A DNA stretch of 64,000 bases, taken from positions 1,915 to 65,914 of the forward strand of contig DATASE010000101.1 of the NCBI GenBank assembly GCA_036269375.1. The letters are read 5' to 3'. Made by a program: the position numbers and the translations under genes. The notes under the pieces are model-generated. The model saw only the letters and a program-made list of their open reading frames with translations, did not search any database and had not been told where the DNA came from. The DNA is from Solirubrobacteraceae bacterium. GTDB taxonomy: Bacteria; Actinomycetota; Thermoleophilia; Solirubrobacterales; Solirubrobacteraceae. The stretch's first letter is position 1; each line of letters opens with the position of its first letter. Shown here in pieces: positions 21,133 to 30,280 of this stretch.

Positions 21133-21378
21133 TCAGCGGTGCGTCAGGGTAGCGTCCGCTGAGCTGCGCTTCCCTCGAGTTGGCTCTGGCGCTCTTTGAT
21201 CCTCCAGCAGCAGCTCGAGCGGATGCGCCTCGTCCGGCGACCCGTCGCGCGGGATTCGGGCGCTGGCCGGCCCCGCGCTCGCGCGGCCAGACTGATCGCC
21301 GATCGCCGCGGCTCGGCACAGCAGCACGAAGAACGCTGCCACGGCGGACCATACGACCACGACCAGCAGTGCGAACAC
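21133..21378 (-). CDS. Small membrane-anchored hypothetical protein
   Basis: N-terminal hydrophobic helix; purine-rich GAAAGGGA upstream. Confidence 0.45.
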   Translation of the reverse strand: MFALLVVVVWSAVAAFFVLLCRAAAIGDQSGRASAGPASARIPRDGSPDEAHPLELLLEDQRAPEPTRGKRSSADATLTHR

Positions 21379-21422
21379 CGGCTAATCCCTTTCGGCTCGG
21401 GCTGACGGACAACTTACCCCCG

Positions 21423-21449
21423 GTATCGGCCGGCTATCCCCGATCCTGA
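21423..21449 (-). promoter_or_regulatory. Possible sigma28/WhiG-like promoter
   Basis: TCAG-N15-GCCGATAC on the minus strand upstream of 21378. Confidence 0.35.
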
Positions 21450-21607
21450 ACCCGTGCCCACTGCGCTGCGGACGGATGTCCAGCAGACATATGTCCCTCT
21501 AATTCGTTTCAAACAGCCAGGCCAATCGAGGCGAAACATAGGTGCAGTTGTCTTCCCGCAAGCTCCGCATTTGTCCAAGGAGGGAAATAGTCGAATGGAG
21601 GCCAGCC

Positions 21608-22261
21608 ATGGCTCTTGCAGATGAGAAGGCAAGAACCGCCGACGCCAAGGAGAGCGCAAGCGGGGTAGCGACATCAAATGCAGCAGATCGGGCGGACGCC
21701 GCGCGCGTCTCGCACGCGGTGCGACGCGCCCAGGCGGGCGACCGGGAGGCGTTTGCCTTCCTGTACGCCCGCTATGCCGACAACATTCACGGCTATGTGC
21801 GCAGCATCGTCCACGACCATCACGACGCCGAGGACATCACCCAGCACGTCTTCGCCAAGCTGTTTGCCGTGATCGACAAATACCAGGAGCGGGACGTCCC
21901 GTTCTTCGCCTGGATGCTTCGGGTGGCGCGCAACGTCGCCGTCGACCACATTCGCCGACAGCGCCTCGTGCCGGTCGAGGAGGTGCGGGCCACCGAGGGG
22001 TTCGGTGGGTTCGGGCTCAACGCCACCGCCACCCACCGTGGCGATCTGATGGAGGCGCTCGCCACGCTGCCAAAGGCGCAGCGCGACGTGCTCGTGATGC
22101 GCCACGTGGTCGGCCTCTCGCCGACCGAGATCGCCACGCACACAGGCAAGACCGAGGGCTCGATTCACGGTCTGCACCACCGTGGGCGCCGGGCGCTCAA
22201 GGCCGAGCTGGTTGCCAGGGAGCTGGCGCCGGCGATCAATACGGCCGCGGTGCACGCCTGA
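21608..22261 (+). CDS. ECF RNA polymerase sigma factor
   Basis: AQAGDREAF..LY, DAEDITQ.VF, WMLRVARN..VD; region 4 LPKAQRDVL...GLS..EIA; RBS GGAGG. Confidence 0.93.
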   Translation: MALADEKARTADAKESASGVATSNAADRADAARVSHAVRRAQAGDREAFAFLYARYADNIHGYVRSIVHDHHDAEDITQHVFAKLFAVIDKYQERDVPFFAWMLRVARNVAVDHIRRQRLVPVEEVRATEGFGGFGLNATATHRGDLMEALATLPKAQRDVLVMRHVVGLSPTEIATHTGKTEGSIHGLHHRGRRALKAELVARELAPAINTAAVHA

Positions 22262-22270
22262 CCGCCGCTC

Positions 22271-22330
22271 GACCTCGAGCGGACCAGTGCACCTCGAGCG
22301 GGCCAGCAAGCGCACCTCGAGCGGGCCGGC
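22271..22330 (+). repeat. Three imperfect direct repeats of ACCTCGAGCGG(G/A)CC
   Basis: Cores start at 22272, 22291 and 22314. Confidence 0.7.
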
Positions 22331-22410
22331 GCGGGTCGATCGGGGCCGCCGCGCCGCCTGGGCGCGGGCGGGTGTGCACGTGCTTTGACTCGGCTTCCGC
22401 CTGAGATGAG

Positions 22411-22635
22411 TCAGGCGCTGTTCAGCGCGAACGTGCCCGGGAAGCGCCGGGCGATCCTGCCGCTGCTCACGTCTGCCAGGTAGTAGAGCAGCGAGAAGCG
22501 GGCGAGCTCCTCGACGGAGATCCCAAGCCGCGTCGATTCCTCGGAGATCGCGTCCCAGGCGAACTCGTCCAGGCTCAGCGTCAGCTGCTGCATCCCCTGA
22601 GTTTGATCTGGGCCGGCTTGGATTGGCTTACCCAC
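22411..22635 (-). CDS. Small protein, ribbon-helix-helix-like
   Basis: QLTLSLDEFAWDAISEES.RLGISVEELAR pattern; GGAGGGA upstream of GTG at 22635. Confidence 0.5.
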   Translation of the reverse strand: MGKPIQAGPDQTQGMQQLTLSLDEFAWDAISEESTRLGISVEELARFSLLYYLADVSSGRIARRFPGTFALNSA

Positions 22636-22740
22636 GAACGCGCTCCCTCCGATCAGTTGCACTCATGTACAACGCGCGGCGCTTGCGCCGCCTCACGCTC
22701 GAAAAGGCGGAACAAAGGATGAACCGCTCCGCCGCGAGCG

Positions 22741-23907
22741 TCAGCGTTTCGCGGTTGAAAGGTCGGCTGGCGTGAATTCCAGGTCCTGGCCGAAGGTGCG
22801 CCGGGTTCGTGCCTTCAGCAGGTTGTACCGACGCACGGCGTCGCTGCGCCGCCCGTCTGCGATGTCGAGCTCCATCAGCCGCCGGTGCACCTCCTCGTCG
22901 TAGGGAACCATTTGGGCCAAACGCTCGAGCGCCTGGGTCGCGCCGCCGGTGCTTTCGTCGGCCAGGTGCAGCTCGGCCAGGCGCCGCAGTCCCGTGCAGG
23001 CGAGATCGTGCAGGCGGTGGCGCTCGGCCATCGCCCAATCGGCATACGGCGAGTCGGCGAGGAAGTCGCCGTTGTAGAGCGCCAGGGCGCCCTCGAGGCT
23101 GGCCAGGGCCGCCGATCGATCGCGTTCGCTCACGCCGAGCCCGGAGGTGATCAGCGCCTCGAATTCGTCCGCGTCGATTTTCACGAACTCTGGGTTCAGC
23201 CGGTAGCTACCCGAGCGCGACACGATGAACGACGACGGCTCGCGGTTGCCGCGCTGAGGCTCGATCCTGCGCCGCAGAGCGTGTATGTAGTAGCGGACGC
23301 TGCCCGCGATCGCAAAGCTTGCGTTGGGCCAAAGGCTCTCGCCGATCTCGTCGGCGTGAACGAAGCGGCTGCGTTCGGTCAGCAGATACTTGAACAGCTG
23401 TCCGGTCCGCTGGTCCAGCCAGCTCCCCCCGAGCGGTCCCTCGGCCGCTTCCACGGCGATCCGTCCCAGCGCCCGCACGCGCAGGCTCGGCCCGGTCATC
23501 CAATGCGGGTCGGTGCGCCTGCGCCGGTCGCGCGCCGGTCCGGGTCGCATCTGAAGCACGTAGTAAGAGCCGTCCGGTTGCTCGAATGGAGCGATCGCGA
23601 CCCAAAGGGCTCTCGGTGCGCCGTCGGCGCTCAGCACGTCGACGCGCACCTCTGGCAGGGGCCCTCCACGAGCGCGCGCGAGCTCGGTCAGGCAGACACC
23701 GGCCAGGACGGTGTCGGGGGTGCGGCATCCGAGTAGTGCGCAGCAGGTGACGTCTTCGTCTCGCAGCCCTGCCGCCGCGATCAGCTGTTTGGCCTCGTCG
23801 TTGCAGGAGACGACCTTGCCGCCAGTCTCCACGATGACCATGCCGTAGGGAAACTGCTGAAAGGCAGCCAGCTCCAGGTCGGCGCTCGTGCTTGCGGTCG
23901 TGCTCAT
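22741..23907 (-). CDS. PAS-like sensor plus SARP-type (OmpR-like wHTH + BTAD) transcriptional regulator
   Basis: LRVRALG, LFKYLL, IGESLWP, IDADEFE, LALYNGDFL..PYADWA..ER, PYDEEVHRRLM; start 23907 or 23943. Confidence 0.88.
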   Translation of the reverse strand: MSTTASTSADLELAAFQQFPYGMVIVETGGKVVSCNDEAKQLIAAAGLRDEDVTCCALLGCRTPDTVLAGVCLTELARARGGPLPEVRVDVLSADGAPRALWVAIAPFEQPDGSYYVLQMRPGPARDRRRRTDPHWMTGPSLRVRALGRIAVEAAEGPLGGSWLDQRTGQLFKYLLTERSRFVHADEIGESLWPNASFAIAGSVRYYIHALRRRIEPQRGNREPSSFIVSRSGSYRLNPEFVKIDADEFEALITSGLGVSERDRSAALASLEGALALYNGDFLADSPYADWAMAERHRLHDLACTGLRRLAELHLADESTGGATQALERLAQMVPYDEEVHRRLMELDIADGRRSDAVRRYNLLKARTRRTFGQDLEFTPADLSTAKR

Positions 23908-24074
23908 GGCTGCGGTCGGAATCGGCACCTGAGCCCTGGCCATCCTGTCGTTGGCGTTGAAGCGATGCTCATGCGACCGACGCTCCCCTCCACTGGAACA
24001 AGGTATCAGCTGTGTGTAGCGGCTTTGGAATCGGCGGTCGCCGCGCCCAGCGGCCCTTCGGTCGGCCGCTAGTA

Positions 24075-24097
24075 GGGCAAAACGTCCAACTTTGCCC
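24075..24097. promoter_or_regulatory. Inverted repeat in a divergent intergenic region (operator candidate)
   Basis: GGGCAAA-N9-TTTGCCC. Confidence 0.35.
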
Positions 24098-24192
24098 CAT
24101 TTGCCGACAGGCTCCCGACTACTCGTCCGATCAGGGGGAGGACGGCGGCCACCGAGGCCGAGCCTCTCACGGAAGGAGCTCACGTGCGCCGG

Positions 24193-25914
24193 ATGCGCGA
24201 TCGGATCTCGACTCGAACTTGTCTGTTGCTGGTAGGTGCGGTTGTATCGGTATCGGCCGTTGGGTCGACGAGCAGCGCAAACGCAACCGCGCGCCCGCAC
24301 GCGCACGCCGGGCTGCTGACCGTCAAAGGCGCGTGTGCAGCCTCGACACGCTCGCGCGTGCATGCAAAGACTCACACGCATGTAAAGACTCATGCGCATC
24401 ATCATCCGGCAAGCGGCAACGGCTGCACAGACGCTCTGCGTATCTTGCGGACCAGACGGCGTCCCGCGCATCCCCCCGTTTCGACATCAGGCGGCGGCGC
24501 GACGCTCGTTTCGCCGCTGCCCGGCGGCATCGGCACAACATCCGGCTCGTCGACTCACACTGGGGACCATCCGCCCTCTCCGACGGCTGGCGGATCCTCC
24601 TCGCCGCCACCGCCGCCGCCGAGCGCGCCATCCGGCTCGACGGGCAAAACGACGACGCCGAGCAAAGTCCCCGCTCCCGTTCCACCAGAACCGGCACCTG
24701 CCCCGGCACCAGAACCGACACCTGCCCCTGCGCCGGAACCTGCTCCGGCTCCATCCCCCGAAAAAATCTCAACGCCCGAACCTGAACCAGCGCCGGTGTC
24801 AGAACCAAACCCGCCCCCGACGCCTTCGCCTGAACCCCCGGCGAGCACCCCGCCGTCGCCGACCCCCGAACCCACTCCTTCGCCTGAACCCCCGGCGACC
24901 ACCCAACCCTCGCCGACCCCTGAACCGCCCCCCTCGCCCGAACCTTCGCCGAGCCCTGAACCCTCGTTTCGGTTCTTCTCGCCACTGAGCGTCTGGAACG
25001 CGCCGGCTGGCGGCGTGGCAGTCGATCCCAGCTCGAGCCTGCTGGTCGGCGCCTTGAACCACGTGGTGGCGGTGGAGGGCCCGAAAAACGGGCTGAACAT
25101 CAACACGACCGCCTGGTCGGTGCCGATCTACACGGTGCCCGCGGGACAGCCGTTGGTGCGGGTGCTGTTGGTCAAAGGCACCAACGCTTCAACCAACCCG
25201 TTGCAGAGCGCGTGGAACTCGGTGCCGTTGCCGGCCAACGCGGTGCCCGCAAAAGGAACCGACAAACACCTGGTCATCTGGCAGCCATCGACCGACAAGA
25301 TGTGGGAGTTCTGGGGCTTTGAATACGGCTCCACCGGCGCGCCGCAGGCACAGTGGGGCGGCGCGATGGAAAACGTCCAGCAGAACGCGGGTGTGTACAA
25401 CACCTCTGCTTGGCAGCGCCCGATCGCCAATGCCGCCGCGTGGGAAGCAGACGTGAACAGCTGGGGCGCCAGCGCCACGTCGCTGCCGGTCGTTGCCGGG
25501 CTCATCACCCTCGAAGACCTCCAGCGCGGCCGGATCGACCATGCGCTGGCGATCGCCGTTCCGAACACTCGCGCCACCGTCTACGCCTCGCCGGCGCAGC
25601 GCACCGACGGCAACTCGAGCGAACCTTCGGCGTTGCCGGAGGGAGCACACCTCAGGCTGGACCCCAACCTCGACCTCGCGGCGCTGCACCTACCCCACAT
25701 CGTGTTGATGCTCGCCGAAGCTGCGCAGCGTTACGGGATCGTCGTCAGGGACAGAAGCGCCAACATCACCTTCTACGCCGAGGACCCAACTCCCACCGGC
25801 ACCAACCCCTACACCGGACCCAAAGGCTACTTCGAAGGTCAGTACGCCTACAAATTCCTCACGACATTCCCCTGGAGCCACCTCGAACTGCTTCAAATGC
25901 AACTGCACAACTGA
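24193..25914 (+). CDS. Secreted protein with Pro/Glu/Thr-rich linker and C-terminal domain of unknown function
   Basis: Signal-peptide-like N-terminus; His-rich patch; PEP/TPSPEP repeats; C-terminal domain paralogous to 44695..45762. Confidence 0.8.
   Translation: MRDRISTRTCLLLVGAVVSVSAVGSTSSANATARPHAHAGLLTVKGACAASTRSRVHAKTHTHVKTHAHHHPASGNGCTDALRILRTRRRPAHPPVSTSGGGATLVSPLPGGIGTTSGSSTHTGDHPPSPTAGGSSSPPPPPPSAPSGSTGKTTTPSKVPAPVPPEPAPAPAPEPTPAPAPEPAPAPSPEKISTPEPEPAPVSEPNPPPTPSPEPPASTPPSPTPEPTPSPEPPATTQPSPTPEPPPSPEPSPSPEPSFRFFSPLSVWNAPAGGVAVDPSSSLLVGALNHVVAVEGPKNGLNINTTAWSVPIYTVPAGQPLVRVLLVKGTNASTNPLQSAWNSVPLPANAVPAKGTDKHLVIWQPSTDKMWEFWGFEYGSTGAPQAQWGGAMENVQQNAGVYNTSAWQRPIANAAAWEADVNSWGASATSLPVVAGLITLEDLQRGRIDHALAIAVPNTRATVYASPAQRTDGNSSEPSALPEGAHLRLDPNLDLAALHLPHIVLMLAEAAQRYGIVVRDRSANITFYAEDPTPTGTNPYTGPKGYFEGQYAYKFLTTFPWSHLELLQMQLHN
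24660..24965 (+). repeat. Coding low-complexity repeats (PEPAPAP, TPSPEPP)
   Basis: Visible in the translation and as CCTTCGCCTGAACCCCCGGCGA repeats in the DNA. Confidence 0.8.
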
Positions 25915-25997
25915 CGGCTCGGGCGCAAAAGAGTTACCCTCGCCGGCCCTGTTCGAGAGGCCGGGCTCGCAGAATGAGAAGCATGTAGATTCGACCC

Positions 25998-27170
25998 GTG
26001 AGCATTCGGAGGCGACTGGCCGAGGAGCGTCAGCTGATTCTCCTCAGCGCCGCGACGGCTGCCAGCCGAGAGCAGGCGAGCGGCCTCGCGCGGCGGTTGA
26101 GCGCAGAGATCGACTGGCCACGGTTGGCGGAGGTCTTGGCCCGGCGCAAGCTGCTGCAGACGCTCGGCCCACGCATCCAGGAGCTGGCGGGCGAGCGCGC
26201 CGACGCAGGCTTTGAGGCGGCCTTGCAGCGCGCGCTCGAGCTGGGACGCCGGCAGGGGGCCTTTCTCCAGCTCATCTCCTCGCGCGTCATGGCGACGCTC
26301 GCCGAAGCTGGCATCCGCTCCGCCACGCTGAAGGGCCCATCGCTGGGTGAGGCGATCTACGGCGATCCGGGCCGTCGCCCCTCGAGCGACGTCGACCTGC
26401 TTGTGGCAGCCGACCAGTTGCCCGCGGCGGTCGAGGCGGTACGCGGAATGGGCTACGTCGTCTTGCCCGAGTACGTGGACGCGCGCGGGCTGCCATTGCT
26501 TCATTTCGCCCTCGTGCACGAGCAGGGCCAGCTGCCCCCGGTGGAGCTGCACTGGCGGGTGCATTGGTACGAGGAGCACTTCGCGCGCGAGCGGCTGTTG
26601 CCGCCGACGTTGGAGGCACAGGCGAACTGGCGTCCCGAGCCCCCCGACGAGCTGGCGGCACTGCTGCTGTTCTATGCCCGTGACGGCTTCATCGACCTTC
26701 GCCTGGCATGTGACCTGGGCGCCTGGTGGGACGTTCACGGCGCCGATCTGCCTCCCGCGGCGCTCGATGGTCTGCTCGACGCCCACCCCGCGCTCGTGCG
26801 GGCGACCGCGACCGCGCTCGAAGTGGCCGAGGCGGTCGTGGGGATGCCGGCCGGTCCTCTGCTCGGCTCCAGGCGCAAGCGGAGCGCCCGCGAGCGGGCG
26901 GCGGCGCGGCTTGCAAACCCCAATCCGCACACGAGTCGCTCACAGCTGCACGCCGATGCGGGCTTGATCGACGGTCTGCTGGCGCCTCCCGGCGGCTTTG
27001 GTGCGTTCGTGCGTCGCCAGGTGCTGCCGCCGCACGAGGTGCTGGCTCAGCAGGCGCGACACGCGGACCGGCGCCGCCCCCGCTCGCGTCTGACCCGTAG
27101 CACCGGTGTGCTGGCACGCTACGCGCGCGCGATGGCGCGGATGGTGCGCACGCCCGAAAGAACGCTCTGA
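25998..27170 (+). CDS. Nucleotidyltransferase family protein (NTP_transf_5-like)
   Basis: LKGPSL...YGDPGRRPSSDVDLLV and VELHW motifs. Confidence 0.85.
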   Translation: MSIRRRLAEERQLILLSAATAASREQASGLARRLSAEIDWPRLAEVLARRKLLQTLGPRIQELAGERADAGFEAALQRALELGRRQGAFLQLISSRVMATLAEAGIRSATLKGPSLGEAIYGDPGRRPSSDVDLLVAADQLPAAVEAVRGMGYVVLPEYVDARGLPLLHFALVHEQGQLPPVELHWRVHWYEEHFARERLLPPTLEAQANWRPEPPDELAALLLFYARDGFIDLRLACDLGAWWDVHGADLPPAALDGLLDAHPALVRATATALEVAEAVVGMPAGPLLGSRRKRSARERAAARLANPNPHTSRSQLHADAGLIDGLLAPPGGFGAFVRRQVLPPHEVLAQQARHADRRRPRSRLTRSTGVLARYARAMARMVRTPERTL

Positions 27171-27181
27171 GGCACTGCGGC

Positions 27182-27430
27182 TCAGGCTTGCTTGGAGGCG
27201 ACCAGCTGGACGATCCGCTCGATCGAGCCGAAGTTGCTCGGGACCACGTCGGTGTCGTCGATCGCGATCTGGTACTCGGACTCAAGCCAAGCGACCAGCC
27301 TCAGCAGCAGCATCGAGTCGATCACCTGGTTGTCGATCAGCGCGAGGTCGTCGGTCAGCTCGGCGCGCGGTCCCTCCCAATGGGCCTCCTCGACCAGGAA
27401 GTCTCTGATCTGCTCAGCCGGTTGCGCCAT
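27182..27430 (-). CDS. Free-standing carrier protein (ACP/PCP)
   Basis: IDSM phosphopantetheine site; acidic 82 aa; NFGSI C-terminal motif. Confidence 0.9.
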   Translation of the reverse strand: MAQPAEQIRDFLVEEAHWEGPRAELTDDLALIDNQVIDSMLLLRLVAWLESEYQIAIDDTDVVPSNFGSIERIVQLVASKQA

Positions 27431-27512
27431 GATCAGCCCGCCTTCCGCGCGGTTCGGTGCCCCGATGGCGCACGGACCGATGACGGTGGCGGGTAAAGGC
27501 GCGCGGGCGTGC

Positions 27513-29099
27513 TCATGAGCTCTCGGTCGATGTCGCTGTCTGCAAAGCCATCCGGTCGACCTTGCCGGTCGAGGATTTTGGCAGCTTCGCCAGGAACTCG
27601 ACCTCCTGGGGGATCATATATCCGGGCAGCCGCTCGCGGCAGAGATCCAGCAGTCGCGGTGTCGAAATCGGCTCGGCCGTTACCACGAACGCCAGCAGAC
27701 GGTTCGTGATCGTGTCGTCGGGCACGGCGATCACCGCCGCCTCCACGACTGGATCGAGGGCGTTGAGCGCTGCCTCGATCTCGCTGAGCTCGACGCGATA
27801 GCCGCGGGTCTTGACCTGTGTGTCGCGACGGCCGGCAAACAGCAACGCGCCATCCTCGCCTTGGCGCACGAGGTCGCCGGTCCTGTACCAGCGAGCGCCG
27901 TCCTGCAGGCTGAGCGTGCGCGCGGTTCTCTTCGCGTCCCCCCAATAGCCGTGCATGACGGTTGGCCCGCCGATCACGAGCTCCCCGAGCTCTCCTGCCG
28001 GGGCGGGCGCGCCGTCCTCGCCGAGCACATTCGCGCTCACGCCGGGGATCGGGCGGCCGATCGGCAGGCTGTCGGCGAGTAGATCCTCTGCTTGCACCTC
28101 GTGCCAGGTGCAGACGTTGGTCTCGGTCGGCCCGTAGAAGTTCAGGTAGCGGGGGCCCGGCAGCAGCTCCATCAGCATCGACAGGTACTTGACGGGGAAC
28201 ACCTCGCCGGCGAAGATCACGGCCCGCAGGCTCGGCAGCGAGCCCTGCTCGAGCTGGCCGCGCAGCACCAGGGCGGTCAGCACCGAAGGCACCGAGTACC
28301 AAACCGTTATCGATTGCTCGGCGATGAACTTGGCGAGCGTCACCGGGAAGATCGACAGCTCGCGCGCTACCAGCACGAGCGTCGCGGCACCGCGAGCGGC
28401 CGCGAACAGGTCGAACGTCGAGAGGTCGAAGTGAAAGGGCGCGTGGCTTGACAGCCGGTCTGTCGGACCGACGCCGACCTCCTCGGCGGCCCACTCGACG
28501 AATGCCAGGCAGTTGGCGTGTGAGAGCATGACCCCCTTCGGCTCTCCCGTGGAGCCGGAGGTGTAGAGGATGTAGGCGAGCTCGTCGGGGTTGATCGCAC
28601 GGGGGATGGCTGGAGCGTGGAGCGAGTCCTCCAGTTCCTGCCAGGGCAGGAAATCCACACTCGCCTCGGATGGTTCCCCGGCTGCCTGCGGGCAGGCGGC
28701 GCCGAGCACCGTCTCGAGTGGCGTCCCCGCCGCGACCAGCTCCTGGCAGACCTCGGCCTTGGCCTGCGAGCTGACCAGACAGCGGATCCCGGCGTCGCTG
28801 ACGATGTAGGCCAAGCGTCGAACGGGAGCCTGGTCGTCCAGCGGCACGTACGCGGCGCCGGCCTTGAGCGTCGCGTAGATCGCGACCACCGACTCCAGCG
28901 ACTTCTCCAGCAGCAGCCCCACGCGATCTCCAGCGCCGACCCCGCGCTCGATCATCGTGGCGGCAAGGGCGTCGGAGCGGGCGTCGAGATCGGCGTAGGA
29001 AAGCTCCCGCTCGCCGTCCACGACTGCGATCGCATCGCCGCGATCTTTCGCGGCCGCCGAGAGCAGGTGCTGGATCATGTATTGGGCGATCCCGCTCAC
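27513..29099 (-). CDS. Free-standing adenylation enzyme, predicted L-prolyl-AMP ligase (PltF/RedM/AnaC-like)
   Basis: YTSGSTGEPKG, YGPTE, YRTGD; pocket read by eye DLFYIAFVCK. Confidence 0.82.
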   Translation of the reverse strand: MSGIAQYMIQHLLSAAAKDRGDAIAVVDGERELSYADLDARSDALAATMIERGVGAGDRVGLLLEKSLESVVAIYATLKAGAAYVPLDDQAPVRRLAYIVSDAGIRCLVSSQAKAEVCQELVAAGTPLETVLGAACPQAAGEPSEASVDFLPWQELEDSLHAPAIPRAINPDELAYILYTSGSTGEPKGVMLSHANCLAFVEWAAEEVGVGPTDRLSSHAPFHFDLSTFDLFAAARGAATLVLVARELSIFPVTLAKFIAEQSITVWYSVPSVLTALVLRGQLEQGSLPSLRAVIFAGEVFPVKYLSMLMELLPGPRYLNFYGPTETNVCTWHEVQAEDLLADSLPIGRPIPGVSANVLGEDGAPAPAGELGELVIGGPTVMHGYWGDAKRTARTLSLQDGARWYRTGDLVRQGEDGALLFAGRRDTQVKTRGYRVELSEIEAALNALDPVVEAAVIAVPDDTITNRLLAFVVTAEPISTPRLLDLCRERLPGYMIPQEVEFLAKLPKSSTGKVDRMALQTATSTESS

Positions 29100-30280
29100 A
29101 GTCCGAGGTGGCGGGCGATCACGTTGCGCTGCATCTCAGAGGTGCCGGAATATATGCGGCTGCCAAGCGCATCGCGCACGTCGCGCTCGAGCCCGGTCTC
29201 TGTCACGTACCCCGAACCCCCGTGGATCTGCAACGCCGCGAGGCTGGAGGCGATCAGCGCCTCGCTGAGGTGGAGCTTGGTCATCGCGGCGTCCAGGTCG
29301 GTCGCGGCTTTCGCGTCCAGCAGCGCCGCTATCCGGTACAGCATCATGTGCGAGGTCTGCAGGCGTACCCGCATGTCGGCGAGCGGATGCGAGACGGCCT
29401 GGAAGCCGCCGATCGGCGTCCCGAACTGGACGCGTTCGCGTGCATAGGCGACACAGCGCTCGAGCTGGCGGCGCATCGTACCGACGGCGGCAGCGAGGAT
29501 CAGGCTTCGCTCCCAGCGCATCGAGCTGTTGAAGATCGCCATACCGGCGCCCGGCTCGCCGAGCAGCGCGTCGGCGGGCACGCGGCAGTCGTCGAGGAAC
29601 AGCTCGCCAAGCGCCGAGGTGCGCAATCCCATCTTCGAGAACGGCTTGCCGACCTGCAGTCCCGGCGTGTCTCGCGCCACCAGGAAGGCGCACAGGCCGG
29701 CGAAGCCGCGGCTTCGGTCGGTGGTGGCGAACACGACGAACAGGTCGCTCTCGGGAGCGTTGGTCACAAACGTCTTCGAGCCGCTGAGCGCCCACCCCTC
29801 GTCGGTCGCGGTGGCGGTGGTGCGCAGCGCAAAGGCGTCAGAGCCCGATTCGGGCTCGGTCATCGCGTGTGCGGCGATCAGCGAGCCGTCGCACAGCCCC
29901 GGCAGCCAGCGCTGCTTCTGCTCCTCGTTGCCGAAATGCACGATCGGCAGCTCGCAGGCCCACGTCTGCGCGTTGATCGAGAAGATCAGCCCGTTGTCCG
30001 CGCACCCGTAGCCGAGCCCTTCGAGCGCCGCGGCGATCGTCGTCGCCGAGGCTTCGAGGCCGCCGTAGCGGGTCGGGACCGGCATCCCAACAAGTCCCAG
30101 CTGGGCGCACCTGCGCCAGTCCTCCCGCGAGAAGTCCCCGTCGCGGTCGCGCTCGTCCAATCCGCCGCCGAGCTGCTCGCGCGCAAACGTGACGATCGAG
30201 TCGCGCAACGAGCGCTGCTCGTCATCCAGCGTGTCGGGGAGCAGCGCAACCCCCCCCGCCCGAGTCATCGATGCGCTCAT
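29096..30280 (-). CDS. Acyl-CoA dehydrogenase family, predicted prolyl-S-carrier dehydrogenase (PltE/RedW/AnaB-like)
   Basis: AMTEPESGSDA, GSKTFVTN, KMGLRTS, QIHGG.GY, IYSGTSEMQR; coupled to the A enzyme and carrier. Confidence 0.85.
   Translation of the reverse strand: MSASMTRAGGVALLPDTLDDEQRSLRDSIVTFAREQLGGGLDERDRDGDFSREDWRRCAQLGLVGMPVPTRYGGLEASATTIAAALEGLGYGCADNGLIFSINAQTWACELPIVHFGNEEQKQRWLPGLCDGSLIAAHAMTEPESGSDAFALRTTATATDEGWALSGSKTFVTNAPESDLFVVFATTDRSRGFAGLCAFLVARDTPGLQVGKPFSKMGLRTSALGELFLDDCRVPADALLGEPGAGMAIFNSSMRWERSLILAAAVGTMRRQLERCVAYARERVQFGTPIGGFQAVSHPLADMRVRLQTSHMMLYRIAALLDAKAATDLDAAMTKLHLSEALIASSLAALQIHGGSGYVTETGLERDVRDALGSRIYSGTSEMQRNVIARHLGL

Noticed and set aside
22271-22330. 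Possible mini CRISPR array
   Set aside because: Repeats are about 14 bp with 5-9 bp spacers and there are no cas genes
24060-24135. c-di-GMP-I riboswitch suggested by GGGCAAA
   Set aside because: No GNRA tetraloop or P3 receptor elements; only a simple inverted repeat
23944-24471. N-terminal extension of the SARP ORF (similar over-long starts at 19198, 30544 and 11828)
   Set aside because: Overlaps neighbouring genes or RNA and has low-complexity Arg-rich content typical of GC-rich open frames
25998-27170. Lasso peptide cluster suggested by NTP_transf_5
   Set aside because: No lasso cyclase, B peptidase, PqqD/RRE or precursor is visible in the window
27182-29099. dltA/dltC teichoic-acid D-alanylation
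   Set aside because: No DltB or DltD; Pro-like pocket and an adjacent acyl-CoA dehydrogenase fit a pyrrolyl cassette better
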